DNA of 64,000 nt from Dicyema japonicum (GCA_011109175.1 RDEW01000004.1:2133875-2197874); one strand, 5' to 3'; shown: positions 1-14,186, counted from the stretch's first letter. The notes: generated from the sequence alone by a model not told the origin. Numbers and translations are program-made.

Positions 1-249
1 TCAAAGATGGAAAGTTTGTTAGAAAGCAGTTTTAATTCACTTTAGTTTAATCTTGATATATTTTATGATAAAAATTTATCTAATTTTGTCTGCCAATTAC
101 TGTTACTACACAAGCCGTAGCATTCACTGGTATTATTTTTAAGCATGCTGTATCGTTAACATTGAAGGACTCATAAAATATCGAATACGTGAGGTTTTGA
201 AACAAAATGCGCATCAGATATACTTTGAATTCAGAGAATGAAAAAATTC

Positions 250-995
250 ATGTTCCGACACTGGGTTGTATCCACGATTGGTTGATAGCTAACCGTCTCT
301 CGGTATCGGCTCCAAAATCATCGTGCACTCTATTCACCTCCGACCGCCGGTCCAAAAAAGAACCAGAAATCTTCATCGGACATACTCGGATGCCTGTCAC
401 AAGAAACCCCTCAATCCTGGGAGTGACATACGACAGGCTGCTTAATTTTACCTACCATGCCAAACAAGTCTTCACCAAAGGACTACAGAAATTGAATGTC
501 ACACGGGCCCTCATCCAGAAAACCCCAGCGAATATGAATAAAGCAATCGGAACCATATACCGCCAGACAATCGCGCCGGCTGTAGAATATGCCTCTGCTG
601 CGTGGAGATCCGCGTTATCAGAGGCCACTATCCAAAACTAAACTTACTGCAAAGGAAAACAATACGTATGCTGGGACCACAATGTGCAACAAAAATACCT
701 CCCCTGCTGACGGAATCTACAACTCGTAGATGTGGTTCCTGATTTCTCCGCATTTGCAAGAAAGATGGACACCCACTAAGCCTCTCACTGTTCCACGCAA
801 AAGAAAATCGGTTGGCTAAAAAATTTTCTTCTCCAATCGGCTTCCTCTGCAAGGATCAAAGAAGGCATTTCCGTTCGACAGTGGGAACAATGGAGACGCA
901 CAGGCTTCGGATGGCACGTTTGGTTGCGGGAACTGGGATCACCTAACTAGTTGACTTTACTTTGTCTTTTTTCCCGGGGTTATTAAATAAATAAA
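250..995 (+). mobile_element. 5'-truncated non-LTR retrotransposon (family A), RT thumb region plus 3' end
   Basis: ORF 207-641 has RT C-terminal motifs (WLIANRLSVSAPKS, ILGVTYDRLLNF, IAPAVEYASAAW). It ends GGGATCACCTAAC...GGGGTTATTAAATAAATAAAT, and the same 3' end occurs on the minus strand near 19340-19420. Confidence 0.85.
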
Positions 996-1399
996 TGAAT
1001 ATACCAAGGCGCTCGGTTTCTTGAGAATGATTATGCAAAAAAGAGAAAAAGTTTACGAAATACAAAAAAATTTAAGAAATTATGATACTAATCATTCACA
1101 AAAAATATCCAATTACATAAAAAATCTAATTTATCTTTGTAATTACTTTATTGTTATTTTGATTCCTTGTTCTATTTTTTGTTCACTATTGAAGATTAGT
1201 GAACATCTTGTTTTTTCGTGGACATTTTGTTCACTATAGAGAGGGTTGACTGTATATTATGTCCTGTGGATCCCCGATAGTTTTAGTATTCAAATTAAAT
1301 AAATTATTGAAAAAAACATCAGAAAAATTTACATTCCCATCACCAACTCAGTTATATCCGGCTCAATGACAATGATACGCGTGGATCACTTTTAATGAC

Positions 1400-2545
1400 A
1401 ACATCAAGTCTATTCCTCGTTTTTGTAAGTAATACTACTTTACTGAAGTCACAGTTCACCTAATAAGTTGATGGACAAGCAATAAAAAAAGAATTCTCAT
1501 CCGCAGATTATGATATTTGTTGGCAAATCAGTGTATATTCAAAAATTTCTTTGATGTTTATCAAAAGCTTGAATTGTCAGATGGTCAGATTGCAAATTAT
1601 GTCTTCTTGTATCTCGATTTCAACTGTGGAAAATTTTACATTGAAAGGATCAATAGTCCATGGCGGATAACAAAGTTGAAGAGATAATATATCGTGTTTG
1701 AAAATCGTTGTACATATTTTTAAGATGATATTTGTAAACTTGTAAATCCTCTTCCTTAAGAGTATTTTTTATCTTCGATAAATTTTAAAATTGTGTTAAC
1801 TCGTTACGTTCAATATTAAACAATAAAAATTAAGTTTTGTTTGAAATCACTTAGCCTCCTTGAAATCGAGATTTTTCCATGTAATTTCCTGTTAAGTTTT
1901 TTTAATTTTTCGAAAATCTCAGCCAAATAAAATATATCGTTTTTAGCAGTAATAAGTTTTTCAATTTTTCATAAACAAAACTATTGAGTCCCAAAGGTGT
2001 TAGTTTGGTTAGCCTTGGTCTTTGAAATAATTTTAATTTAATTGAGTCCCAAAGAGAAACAAAATAATTCAGACAATTTACTTTTGAGAGCCACCTTACA
2101 GTCGTGTGCAGAACTAATCTTGTAAAATCTTCATTTTCTTACATAATAATCGAAAAAGACGATTCTGAAGTGAATGTGATTTTATTTTGTCGGTGAATGA
2201 CACAGTGAATGGTGAAACAGATGATACGCGAGATTTTAAGTATTGCAAACTTCCTCTGTATTTTCCAACCTAGAAGCAGCGTCGTCAGTAGCACGTGCAA
2301 TTATGTCATCACGAGAAGTATTATTCAAACAAAACTATGCTTCAATTCAATTAAATAGTGACACCCTCTATGTATCACTTGTAATCTTTCTTGTAAAAAG
2401 CATTTCTTCAATAATTTCACTACCATTCCAAAACCCTACATATGCCATAAGGAGAGAACCGTTATCTGGTAATGTAGTTTCGTCTATCTGTGATGAAAAG
2501 TTTGTATTTCTTCCCAGGATATTACCTGGGAATGATGCTCTCACC
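1400..2545 (-). mobile_element. Degenerate hAT transposase (Buster/ZBED8/FAM200-like)
   Basis: Minus-strand frames give FSSQIDETTLPDNGSLLMAYV, IIARATDDAA, IHCVIHRQ, LVLHTTVRWLSK, YLAEIFEKL and YPPWTIDPF in hAT order, broken by stops and frameshifts. Confidence 0.8.
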
Positions 2546-3128
2546 GTTCTGCGTGATCATTGAGATATTTTTCGCCCGACCTGCTCTTTGGAGCTCTGTT
2601 GTCTTTTATGGATATGTTCAAGGGGTTTTACTCTTTACAGGGATTTTGATGAGACTGGTGTCTGTTGACTTGAATTAACTTTTTAATTTAAGGTTCTTAA
2701 TTTAGTGGTGTTTATTGTTGGGTAGGGTTATAGTTAATCACGTGGGTTTGTTTGTTTTATTTTTAAATTGACTATTATTTGGAATATTGTGTTTGTAACC
2801 TAGTATGTTGGTTTAGTTAAGGTCTTTTTGCGTGTTTGATATTTCCGAGAAGAAAAATCGAAGTTGTGACGAATAACTTTGACCAGATTGCGCTAACATT
2901 TGCCTTTAACTAGCTCTTAGAGGGAGGTGTGAGCACAGTCCTTAGCGCAACTCCAATTGACGTTGTGGGTTGTCATACAAAATATACCAAAGGGAAATGA
3001 TTCTAGTAAATAAGACGTCAAAAAACGTTGAAGATTTATTGGATTAATAAACTATTAGCTCGGTTCGTTGCTCACATCGGTAACATAACATAACATTTTT
3101 TTATTAAAGACCAAGACATAGAGAAGTT

Positions 3129-4920
3129 ATGGGGGATTACGTTTTTAAAAATACTGCTGTGAGGCTTGGATTCTTCAGGAGGTATTCCACCTTCCACCTA
3201 GAATTCAGAAAAGAGGAGGACAAAAGGAACTTTTTTAAACATGTGAATGCTACTTCGCCTTTTGGTCTTGGAAACCATCACTTCAGTGAAATCCGAGTGA
3301 GACCGTCCGAAATTGTTTTGAAGAACCTGCCTTTTTGGGTTAATGATAACGACCTTCATGAATTTATCAAAGAATTAGCTCCCTCTACCATGAGCATATG
3401 TCGTTTCTACAAGGGAGATAAGAGACTCTCTCTTGCAAAGGTTCTAGTTGACTCCAGGACGGAGACTACATCGCTTGTTCATCTTGGTTTCAACATTTTC
3501 TACTTGCCAATCACAAAAAAAGGCCCACCGAGGTTTTTCAACTACCAACGCTATGGACACATATCATCATTCTGTAAGAAGACGAGATGTCTCCGTTGTT
3601 CAAAGAAACACGACCTAACTGCGTGTGAAGAGACTCATGGGAGCACAATAAAATGCATAAATTGTGGCTCGTCTTCACATTGGCAGGATATGGTGGATGT
3701 CCAGCCGCCAAAAAGTCTGCTCAAAAGAAAGCAACGAAAAACGATGGACTAGCGATTATGGGAAAACATGGACAGCAAAGACGATTACGTCAAACCCGGC
3801 TTCGGGATTTTTTAAAAATTCCAATTCTTCTATATTAAAACTTTCTGGATTTTCACGAACACGTGTACATGCTTACAAACATTGACCCACTTCATTCGAG
3901 TCGGATTTACAAGCAAGCCAAGACACTTAAAAACAGTGCTCTGCTCGATTGACATGCACAAAGCTTTTGACTCAGTCTCGAGGAAAATTCTATCGAAAAA
4001 AAATATTTCAATCGGAGATCCCAGGAAAGCTCAAACTTTGGATCACCAACTTCCAAAGTGGACGAAGGGGACGTGTTTGTCTCAAAGGTCTGAAATCAAT
4101 CTCATGTCTCCTCTCCAACAGAGTCCCTCAAGGATCTCCTTTATTCCCTGCTCTGTTTAATTTCTTTTTTGCCGATCTCCTAACTCTTGAATCTGATAGT
4201 GGTGTTCTATTCTCCTATGCGGATGATTTTGTGTTGGCTTCACGAGATCAGGACATCTAGAAGGCCACAAAAAGAATACAAATCAACCTGGACCGACTTA
4301 ATGCCTGGATAATAGAAAACCGGCATGGATGAGTGCAGAAAAGTCAATCACTTCCTTTTTCACCTCGTCAAAAAATTGGGAAGGAGGACAGTCTCCTTGA
4401 AGGTAGACAAGGACGATTTCCCCTTCAACAGGTGTCAGAGATATTTGGAGTGACAGTTGATATGCATTTTTGTTCATCACTCCATATTCAAAACATTCTC
4501 ACAAAATCCGAAAGGAAAATTAATATTCTAAAGACCTTATCTGGAATATGGAAGGTCGCCACTCACCCAATACTGAAGAACATTTACAAGCAGTACATCG
4601 AGCCATTTATCTCATATGCACGCGCTTCGTAAGGACCCTCCATCTCATATACAAATAAAAGAAAAGTGGAGGAAATCCAGAAGAGGGCTTCATAATTACG
4701 GAGTGATGGACTCGTGGGGAACATGGATCCGGAAGTCTTCATGCGGCTAGATTCTGGGATGACTCAAAGCTCCTCTGCAAACAGCCGCCCGATATGTACA
4801 TATGTGGGATCGAGAGAGGAACATAGTGCAAAGATGAGGACTTTATTCGAACATATTGGGATCACCTGATAGTTAGTTTCGATTTTTACCGTGGTCTTGG
4901 GGTGTTTAAATAAAATAAAT
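3129..4920 (+). mobile_element. Internally deleted non-LTR element related to B/C (gag-like ORF1 plus RT fragments)
   Basis: ORF 3129-3752 shares PFGLGNHHF...IVLKNLPFWV and degenerate CCHC knuckles with the ORF1s at 24007 and 29221. Downstream are IDMHKAFD, VPQGSPL and YADD; no APE domain; A-rich end near 4905-4920. Confidence 0.8.
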
Positions 4921-5349
4921 AATTCTTGCAAAATGAGAAAACAAGACCAATGTACTGAAGAGTCTCTTGGAGGCTATGTAAAATAGGAAATCACTACATC
5001 ATATAAACTATCTACAGGCAATACACAGAGTCATTGATTTACTACGCATGGGTCTTGTGGGATACACTTATCTATAGGACAAATGTCATGAAGACCGAAG
5101 CTAGTCAAAAAAATGAAATTCAAGGTTACGGATGGATTGACTCTTGGAAAGGATTCCATGGAATCCATAATTCTGCAATATTGATTTTCTGGTTATACGT
5201 CCTATACTTGCCTGTTTTGACTCGTTGTGAAAACATCGGGGTAAGGTGAGACCACTGATGCAACGTGTGAATAGTCAGTTTGAAGTCGAATATAGTGAAT
5301 TTCATTGTTTAAAGGAAATATTCGTTAAAACTAACAATTTTTCGTTTTT

Positions 5350-6770
5350 TCTTCCAAAACTTAACTGAAGAGATAATCGTAATTTTAACTTCCACTAATA
5401 TGAATGCAAGAATTGTTGTCACTCCGAAAGTCGTAAAGCGCGATCAGCTGGTAAATGAGAGGATATTAGGGGAGACAAGGGCAAGTCTGGTGAAGTTGTA
5501 TTGTCATTAGCTCTGTAGGAGAGAAAAACAAGGGTAATTATTCCTCCTCCATTGTCAGAGGGATGATCTTTTCTGATAACTGAATATCCCGGAAATATTT
5601 GTTTGAGGAAGGAGAGTGTAAGTTTCGTCTCCTGTAGGAGACACAGGGTCAGGGATTTGGTTTGATGTCTCCAGAGATGATCAATAGAGTTCCCACCAGG
5701 TCAAATGGGTAGTACCGAAGAGAGAGACGTCCAAGAAATAGTCTTCTTGGATTTGAGTAAGCAAATTGTTCTTTTCGCCGTGACATTACCTCCACATGTG
5801 ACACAACTAGAATTGGCGAATCAAGTCACAATTTTAAGTCCTTTGAAGTTTTTTGTAGATCCGTTGTGGTAGTTCAGAGTAGTTCTGGTGAATTGTTAGA
5901 ATATAAGCTTTAGTATCCAAATTTGACTCCATAAACACCAGGTTTAGTTTTTGTTTGGTTTTCAGGAAAACATAGTCCATGTGAGACGAGAAGGAAAAAA
6001 CTGAATAATCCAAGTATTTTTACAGTTTTAATCAGTGATAATTTTTCCAGAGAGCTTCACTTCACGTATAACGATAAACCGTCTAAGATTGGGAGTTTTA
6101 GGCTAAATATTTCGGGAGAGGGCCTGGTAAATATCGGTTATGAAATTTCATTGACAAGAATCTAACCCATTCTACCAAAAAACGTAAGTCATTTGTGTAA
6201 AATTAACGGAATATCTGATGAAACAGTATTATTGTAGAGCACATCAAGTTTAATCAGAAACTTTGCTTATGTCGATTCGATAGGTGGTTGTTGGTTATTG
6301 AATCTATCGACGATAAAGTCAGTTAGGTGGAATGCTGTGGATGAAAACCATGTTGATAGGCTCACAAATGGGTAGATGTGTCGATTTCCGTGTATTCCGT
6401 AAGTGATTTCCCGGTGTTTCCAGATTTATAAATCAAATGTTAGACACATTGACGATGATTTGATTCTATAGCCTGTTGAGGTTTGTGGAGTTTTAAGGTT
6501 CACTCTGAGAATCCATAAATTTATAACCAGTCCTAACTGATCAAATTCCTTTGCAAGCACTCGAGGAGGCTGATAGATAGAACAAAGAGAGGGGGAGATT
6601 ATTACAGGATCACTTGTATTTAACACCTCGCTTAGTGGTTTGGGGTTATATTTCTTCATAATTGTGTTAGAGAGACGCATAAAATCAGATTTTTGCCCCA
6701 TTTTTGAAAAATCAATATTGAAGCAAATATCCCCAATCACTGTGACTGATTAAAAAGGATGTAAGAATTC
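5350..6770 (-). mobile_element. Highly decayed non-LTR APE/RT remnants
   Basis: Minus strand: LLQETKL...PGYSVIRKDH..GGG (about 5530-5650), QHGF-like and IDISK RT traces (about 6250-6370), and APE-like IGD and SIYQPP (6426-6740). Confidence 0.55.
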
Positions 6771-7839
6771 CAGTATTTGTAATGTCACCTATACAATCAT
6801 GTTACCTTCATTTTCATCACTTACAGCATCCCCCAGAACTAATAAACCATAAGAGAACGATCTCTGAGTGAACGGTGACTAGTAAAGTGACCTAACAATA
6901 AGTGAATGGACTTAAAAATATCAAATACAAGTTTAAACAGAAATTTAAATTATTTATTTCTTTTCAGGTAATTCATATGCAAATCAAATAAAACTTTATT
7001 GATTTCTTTGTAGGGGTTAAACTTGTTCACATCCTCCTTATAGGACTCAGGGGTAGATGAATCAAAGGCGACTCGTTTAGGAGGATGCTCAACTGGTTCA
7101 TGGTGATGACGTTTAATCGCCCCGTTCATTTCTTTGAGTTAACTAAAAGTGAATTATTTTTGACAACATACTCACTAAAAGAATCAATAAATTAAAGCAT
7201 TTAATATTTAATTTATTTAATCATAATAATTTAATAAAATAATTAATATCCATTCAAAGATTAGAATTCTTTAAATCAAAATTAAATTTGGGTTAAGAAA
7301 ATTAAAATTAAATTAGAACATTTTTGTGTCAAGACTTTCATTACTATCAATCGCTTATCTACTGAACACTATTAGAACTTGTATTGAAAAATATTATTGA
7401 TTACTAATTCGTCATTTGCTTACTCAAAAAATTATTATAACTATGACGTTATACCTAACAATTAAAACAAAAAAATAGGTCTCATTTTAGTCACTGACTC
7501 TTCATCAGTTGTCTTTACGATTAGTTGAGTACATGAGTCGAAGGTTTGAGTTTTCTTTTGAAAGCCTTCAATCATCATCTCACCTGAACCAATGCATACT
7601 ATCTCATGATATTGGGAGTCCCCTTTGTAAAAAAAAACTGGAGACCCTTAATTAGTTGTCAACTTGTTTCTCGGTGTATCTGAGGTTAATAAAAAGTAAG
7701 ACAATAAGTAATAATGATGCACTTTACGAATAGCCATATTGGCTATAGCTCCTTCCAGGTAGGACACAAACTTTATTTTAATTAAAGAGCAGTTATCATA
7801 ACTAATCGATAAGAGAGAACCAAAAAGTTCTCTTAGCTT

Positions 7840-8020
7840 CTTTTGTATTTTTGTTCGATGTGAGTCCTTTTGTGGACTATCCGGTAACGCAGTGAGATGC
7901 TCACTGATGACGATGTCACTCATCGACTCGAACCTTCAACAGGAATTTACAGCAGCGAGATTCTAACTAGGGGGCATCAGGCCTTTTGCCTGGGACTGAG
8001 CTACCCAGCCAATACGTAAC
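7840..8020 (-). mobile_element. tRNA-derived SINE, diverged copy
   Basis: Shares TCTCGCTGCT, GAAGGTTC, GAGTGAC..CGTCATCAGTG...CTCACTGCG and a 3' hairpin with 53730-53925. Confidence 0.6.
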
Positions 8021-8064
8021 CCCTGAGAAACTACTATAGACTTCACTTTCTTAAAAACCTAGAT

Positions 8065-8400
8065 ATCTTATTTATTAAGGCAGTGAGTAACAAAAGCGTC
8101 ATAACCAAGAGAGAAAGTTCCCAGAGATCCAGCCAGGAGTATATTTGGTGATGTGCAGATCTCATAGGCAGACCCGAACAAGAGAAGAGCAATTCTATCC
8201 ATCAATAAGACATGATCTACAAAATGGAGAGGACGACTGTTCGATTATGCTCAGATAAAAACGTAAATCCCTGGTGAGACCACAACGGAGGCGTCCCAAG
8301 TGGACACGAATTTCCTGCGTAATGGTAGCTTGATTTCACCAATATTCGGTGTAAGACGTCCCAGAAATTTGTTCGTAGGCAGACTAATAAACCGGATATC
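8065..8400 (-). mobile_element. Non-LTR retrotransposon 3' end
   Basis: Minus strand shows RLRCGL..DLRFYL..SSPFCRSC (degenerate C-terminal zinc-knuckle region) followed by a TAATAAATAAA tail. Confidence 0.5.
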
Positions 8401-9104
8401 TTAACCTCTACGAATTCACATATTTTCTTAAAATTAAAAATAACTTAAAAACCAAAAAAGATAATTAAAGAAGATCAACATCGTGGAACTTAATCATTGC
8501 GGGTATTCCTAATAATTATAACTAAAAAGAATAAACCCCCTGAGAAATCTTCTAACTTAACCCCCAAATCTAGTAATTCCTTCCTAATCCTATCACAATG
8601 ATTAAACACAAGTTTTACAGTCCCTACAAATTAGATATAAAAAGACCATCAATTTCTTTCAATTTTTCCTTATTAATTGAATTATCACGCCGAGCCTTCT
8701 TCAAAAGGCCTACAAAGTCAATAAATGACACAAACCGATCAAAGAGATGCAACTATAACGGAAATGATCCCTCAGCCTCGACACAAAATCCACGTAATCA
8801 TAAGCGAGAGACTCAAAATTCTGCGAGCCTAAAAATCAAAAAAACTCATACCACCAACTTTTTTCATAAAGCCATCTTCCAATACAATGTTCAATTGATC
8901 CCCTATCTTTACCAAAGAAAGGGAAATTTCACCCAATCTTTTCAATTCCTGTTCAATTCGATTCACTAACGATTTAACAGTATCTAAGAAAATCAAAAAC
9001 AAAAATACCCCCAATATTTGAAATGCCCTCTTCTCCACCGTTTGAAGTACCAATATCATTTACAACATCATCTAGAAGTTGTGCATTATTAATAAATATA
9101 GTCA

Positions 9105-11005
9105 GAGTATCTTGAATAATCCTCACGAAAGGACCCAAGTCGTCTACAGCCTCCTAAATAATGAGGATAACTACATTCTCGGACAAATTTTTCTTGTAGA
9201 CAGAGAAGGTACAGATACTGTCCGACTCTATCAGACCAAACAGCTACAGTAAATATGTTAAATCACCTTCAAACTACTGATGACGAAATTTGCTGCTCTC
9301 TCAACCATTCCAATGCAAATTGGTGAAGAAATGTATGAATTTATAAATGAATTTGTGTACGAAATCAATGCTTTCATTTCATTCATGGCTTGTCTTGTGT
9401 TAAAACTGTCTATTGGATGATTACACATCATAAATACCACAGAGTGCATCATGGAAGAGTCTCTTGGTTTCTTCCAGAACGGAGAGATCAAAATTTGATT
9501 CACTAGATTCAGAATTCCGACAATAAGACTTTGCGGTTAATAGAAATTCCTATATTCCACATAAAAAACAACAATTAGCTGTTTTTCAAAAATAAAAGCT
9601 TCATTGAGAACATCTGGAGAGTAGTCGAAGGGCTGATTCCACACATGAAGAAGAAACAGCAGACGCATTCTTCGAGGAGATATCTCCTGAAGGGCAGAGT
9701 CAATAATTATTAAATTCTTTAAAAACTTTGACATTTTACATCCATTTATAGTCAGGTGCCCAGAGTGGAGAAAATACCGAACCCAACACCCCCCGTCAAA
9801 ATAAGCCTATCAGTTAAAAGATATAGAACCTCTGCTTGGGCTATTTCATTGTCATGGTGAGGGAACTTTAAGTCGTGTCCACCACTGTGAATGTCCATTT
9901 GAGAACCAAATGCACAGGTTGCCATTACTGAACACTCGATATGCCAACCAGGTCTTCCGTATATTAATTATGTTACTCAACCTTCCCCCATGGTGAGTCC
10001 TAAGATGGTTCCCCTTCCTTTGAGGCTTTCCATAAAGCAAACTCTCTCGGAGAGTGTTTTTCACCTTCGACATTGAGGGTTCCTAAAATTGTAGTAATAA
10101 TCTTACCTTCACCCTCAGTTAATGACTTGACATCCCCCACAGACTCGGGGAGGAGTTTGGCATAACTGTGATAATTTGAGAAACGTGGGACATCAAAGTA
10201 AACTGAACCAGATGAAGTGGAATAGCTTACTTTAATACAAAATTTACGCATATCCGTTGGAAATGATCTTTTCTATATAATCTACGATTTGGGGGACAAA
10301 TTCAGTGACCCTCGTGAGTATGTTAGGACGCATCACCTACAAAAATTATGGTAAACACAACTCCCAGAATGTCCATTTTGTCGAAGAATTCGTCCTCATA
10401 TTTCCTCGGAAGTGCAAAAAACAGATCATTGTCATTCACAGTTTTTCCGTACTTTATGTCCAAATACTCGGAAAGGATTCCCTCACAGTGATTGAGAAAT
10501 TCAAATTCTGAGTTGTTGTGCCTGGTGAATTGTTCTATGTGACTTTGATTTGTGGAGAATTGAGTCTTAAAAATCTCCCTTTTAAGGTCATCAGTCTCTT
10601 CCTCTATTTTATCCCCCAATATCCGAAAATATAGGAGATAATTACATTATTGGCATATATTACATCTCTGGTTAACTCCTCTGCTGAGCGACTCTCCTCT
10701 TTATATTTCTTCAACAAATACTGTTGTCTGGCTCTCCTGTATATTTTTTCGTCAATATCGATAATATTCATGCAGTAAACAACGTTGACTTTGAAATAGT
10801 CCACCAAAATGCGGCGAATTATGTCAAAGGAGACATATGTTCTAAAATTAAGAAAATAAATAAACCTGGCGTGTCCCAGGTGAGGGGAATCGTAAACTGT
10901 TGGACCACATCCGTACCATGTAAGTTTATCTCCTGTGAGAGTCAAGGGATCTTTTTTCCTTGAGAGGCTGTTTAACACGTTAATTTTAGAATCAGTAAAA
11001 TTCAT
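9105..11005 (-). pseudogene. CARS1: Cysteinyl-tRNA synthetase (cytosolic eukaryotic type), disrupted and 3'-truncated
   Basis: Hand-splicing about 10 introns of 21-28 nt gives [94 protein letters not shown] and [15 protein letters not shown]. Lesions: TAG at a conserved Trp (10000-10002), KMSKS changed to KMSKF, two non-AG acceptors, and no recognisable anticodon-binding C-terminus. Confidence 0.88.
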
Positions 11006-11149
11006 TCTGATAATCAACACACTAATAACCTTGTAACGTGCACGTTTATTATTTTACTAATAATTAAGCAACCTCTCATTAATTTAAATATTAATTTTAT
11101 TTCATATGATTATTTTATTTGTTGTTTGTTTACTTCTTTTTTTGATTAT

Positions 11150-11760
11150 GTGAGAAATGTATTGAAAATCATTAAAACGACCTATTCTAACGGACCGGAT
11201 AAAATCCCAATGATCCTCCTAAAGAATTTCGGGGATTTTGGGATCGCTGCATTAACAAGGATATTCAACCACTCTATTAGCAAAAAATCTATTCTAGCCT
11301 TATGGAAGGTGCCCACGCCCAATTTGGAAACCAGGAAAATTGAAGAAGGATCCGGCTTTGTACAGACCGGTCGCGTTATTGTGTTCGGTGTCGAAAATTT
11401 TTGAAAGTCTAGTTCTTGCAAAAATCAAAGATTTTTTTCCGGATTTGTCATTTGAAGAGGTCTACTTCGACCAATTTATCAGCATCAATATCTATTTCCC
11501 AGTTTCTTCCAAATGGTGTTCCCAAGGATCCCCTTTGTCGTTCAAATTGTTTATATTATGGCCTAAGTCTTTGAAACCTCTCTCAAGTCTCCAAATGTTC
11601 TCTACATTTCATTTTTCGTTTAACGTACTTAAGATCAGCATCAAGTATCCCAAGATGTGTGACCCGTAAGCGTCAACATAAATGTGACAGTCTCAACATG
11701 TACGTTTTGATATCAGCTGGGGTATCCATCTCCAATTTCTAAAGAGCATCCATCTCAAAT
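11150..11760 (+). mobile_element. Non-LTR RT fragment
   Basis: GPDKIPMILLK, YRPVALLCSVSKIFESLV, SQGSPLS, with frameshifts. Confidence 0.7.
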
Positions 11761-11789
11761 CAGTGATCTCGAGACTCAAAGGACCAGTT

Positions 11790-12440
11790 AAGCAAACCTT
11801 TGTTTAGCTCAAATGTAGGAAGGATTTTTCTTCGAACCAAGTCCTCACTGTCTCCAAATTAGGACCAAAGCTTATTGGCTTTTTTCCATGGTTCGTCTGA
11901 TCTTTTTCCATCCTTCTGATATTTACTACTTCCATTTTGTAAACATTCAAAGTTAGGTACTCAAGTTTATTAGGAACTACTTCCAATAGGCGAATAAGGA
12001 CTTATCGATCTCTCGATATGAAGTCGGCGTCGTCAGCATAAATGGATTCTTCTATGTCACCATAAAATTTTCAAGAGATCACGTGCGCCGTCGTCAAGTA
12101 TTTGGCAAACATCAAAGGAGAGAGTGAGTCTCCTTGAGGAATACCCTCATACGAATTCTCTTGAAATAATTTTGCCATTTCGAACTCTTATCTTCATGTT
12201 GGATAAAAGAACTCTTATCATTTTCAGAGTCAGAGTTCATAAATCCTTCCACTGACTTCAGAGTAGACCTCGAAAGCCGATAAGTCTATCGCAGTTGCGT
12301 TTGGATATCTTTGATTTACAAAGCCACTTGTGGTTCCAAACTATATCCTTCGTTGATCTCCCAGTCCTGAATCCACCATGACTTGGTGCAAGATATTCGT
12401 CCACTTGACGCGATTCAATGTAACCAACGCCAAGACTATA
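11790..12440 (-). mobile_element. RTE-clade RT fragment
   Basis: YLAPSHGGFRTGRSTKDIVWNHKW, PQGDSLSPL and YADD are colinear with the RTE ORF at 50606-52075. Confidence 0.7.
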
Positions 12441-13270
12441 ATGAAAAACCATGTTTCTTCTTCAACTTATTAACTCCTTGCATCAAACAAGATTTATCTA
12501 ATTTTCCAGGGGATTTTATGCACCCCTCATAATTAGGTGGTAATTTGGATTTTAAATCAAGTCTATAAGCCAACTTAAAGCATATTCCTCGATCTATCGA
12601 AAAGCTCCTGATAATACTTCTCTGATCAGTTTCAAACCATCTTTGGAAGCCATAAATCAAGAATGGTTCTATACAAGCAGCATAAACATAGAGAAAAGTT
12701 TCCGGACTCAAGTGAAACCGTAGAAGCAATTCAAAATCCCAGTAGCTTTTTTCTTCTGTTCTTGATGTTAAAGAACCCTTTGATTCACAGATACCCCAAG
12801 ATATTGTAAGCGATCCGTAGATTCGATCGCTCCAGTATTAAGTAAATATTAGACTTTTTCCTGTTGTTGATCCCCAGGAAACAGTACATTTTTCGGGAGA
12901 TAAAGATAAACCTTAATCTCAGCACCAACTTTCAATTTTTTTTGAATATAAAAAACTCTTTTCCAAGAAATAAGTTTATTCATACTCAAGTCTAACAGAA
13001 ACATATTATCTTTATAAATTATCATTTTTGCATTTGAGAGTTGAAATATCACCCATCACACAATTGAAGTTGACTAAAGAAAGACCCCTTCAGAACCCCA
13101 CTTTTAACAAAAATTTTTTCGATAGTTGACTTCTTAACTTTGCCAATTCTGAAATCTGCCATTTTTATCGTAGTTTTCTATTTTTCAATGATTTTTCCAA
13201 ATTCTGAAATTTGCCACAATTTTTGATAATTATTTCTTGTAGAAATGGTCAAGCTCTTCATGATTCTCGT
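12436..13270 (-). mobile_element. Diverged fragment of non-LTR family B (RT C-terminus)
   Basis: LLRFHLSPETFLYVYAACIEPFLIYG and MIIY..N..LLDLSMNKLISWKRV match ORF 26864-27475. Confidence 0.75.
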
Positions 13271-14186
13271 GCGAGTTTACTGTTATTTTTTGATAGGTCG
13301 GAAGGGTAGGTCTTCTTTAGAATGTTGATAATTCTTGTATAATAAAAAGCATAATTGACAGGTGTCGCAGGATCTAAGTTTGAAACATGTCTTGAGAGTT
13401 TCAAAAGATCTGAGTCCCTTCCAATAGATTTTCTTATACAATAAATACAATCTTAGGCCATCGATCACCCGTAATTGCTTTAGATGGAAAAGTTCATTGA
13501 TAGATAGTCCCAATGTGTTGTAAAATTGGGATTATAGACTTGTTCCTTTTAATTTTTTGTTAGTTGAAGGTGGCTGTAGATAATATTTTCAAGTCTCCTT
13601 CACCTCCAATTTTCTTGTATTCCTCCAGGTCCCGTCTCATTGGGTCATATTTATTTGTAGTTTCAGTTTTTATAAAATAGATATAAAAGATTGACTCAAC
13701 GCTTTTTAGGTTTGATTGAAAGTATGACTTTGTTCATAAACATGTTTCTAAAAAGTTAGTAGTTGGTCGAATTTTTTCAAAAATAATGCTAATCTGACAC
13801 ACAATATCTTATGATTTCCCTGCGACGCTGGAATTCTCGAGTGTCTAGGGAATTTGATTTATACACGATCTAGAGATCCCCGTGTGCGCTGCTGGTTATT
13901 TGAGCGAATCTCGCTATCCTGAGAGGGAATAGCCACGCAGGGCGGCCGTTGTCTGACAATTTGCTCACCTTTTCCGTAGTAAAGTGTTCATATCTTATAA
14001 ACGAAAAAATTTTCCTCAACCAAGGCATAATTAGGGAGACTTATCGAAAACCTTGTCAATTCAAACATAAGATATAACACCCTGTATAAACTTTCCGGAT
14101 TATAAATGAGAGAAAAAGTGATACAAACTGTTAATTACCATAAGCGAGAAAAGCCCACAATTAAAAGTAAATGAATATTAATATAA

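Noticed and set aside
2545-2830. Possible LINE 5' region on the minus strand
   Set aside because: Based on composition only; no protein motif or second copy was found.
7900-7935. CTGATGA followed by a CGATG/CATCG stem as a hammerhead
   Set aside because: No GAAA follows the stem, and the sequence is explained as the minus-strand SINE body.
10000-10002. In-frame TAG/TAA in host genes as stop-codon reassignment
   Set aside because: The TAG sits at a Trp position (a simple TGG to TAG change), and COG2, ferritin and the LINE ORFs end normally at TAA, TAG or TGA. Decay or error is simpler.
9258-10251. Short minus-strand ORFs as Ty3/Gypsy pol fragments
   Set aside because: After removing tiny introns they are CysRS exons.
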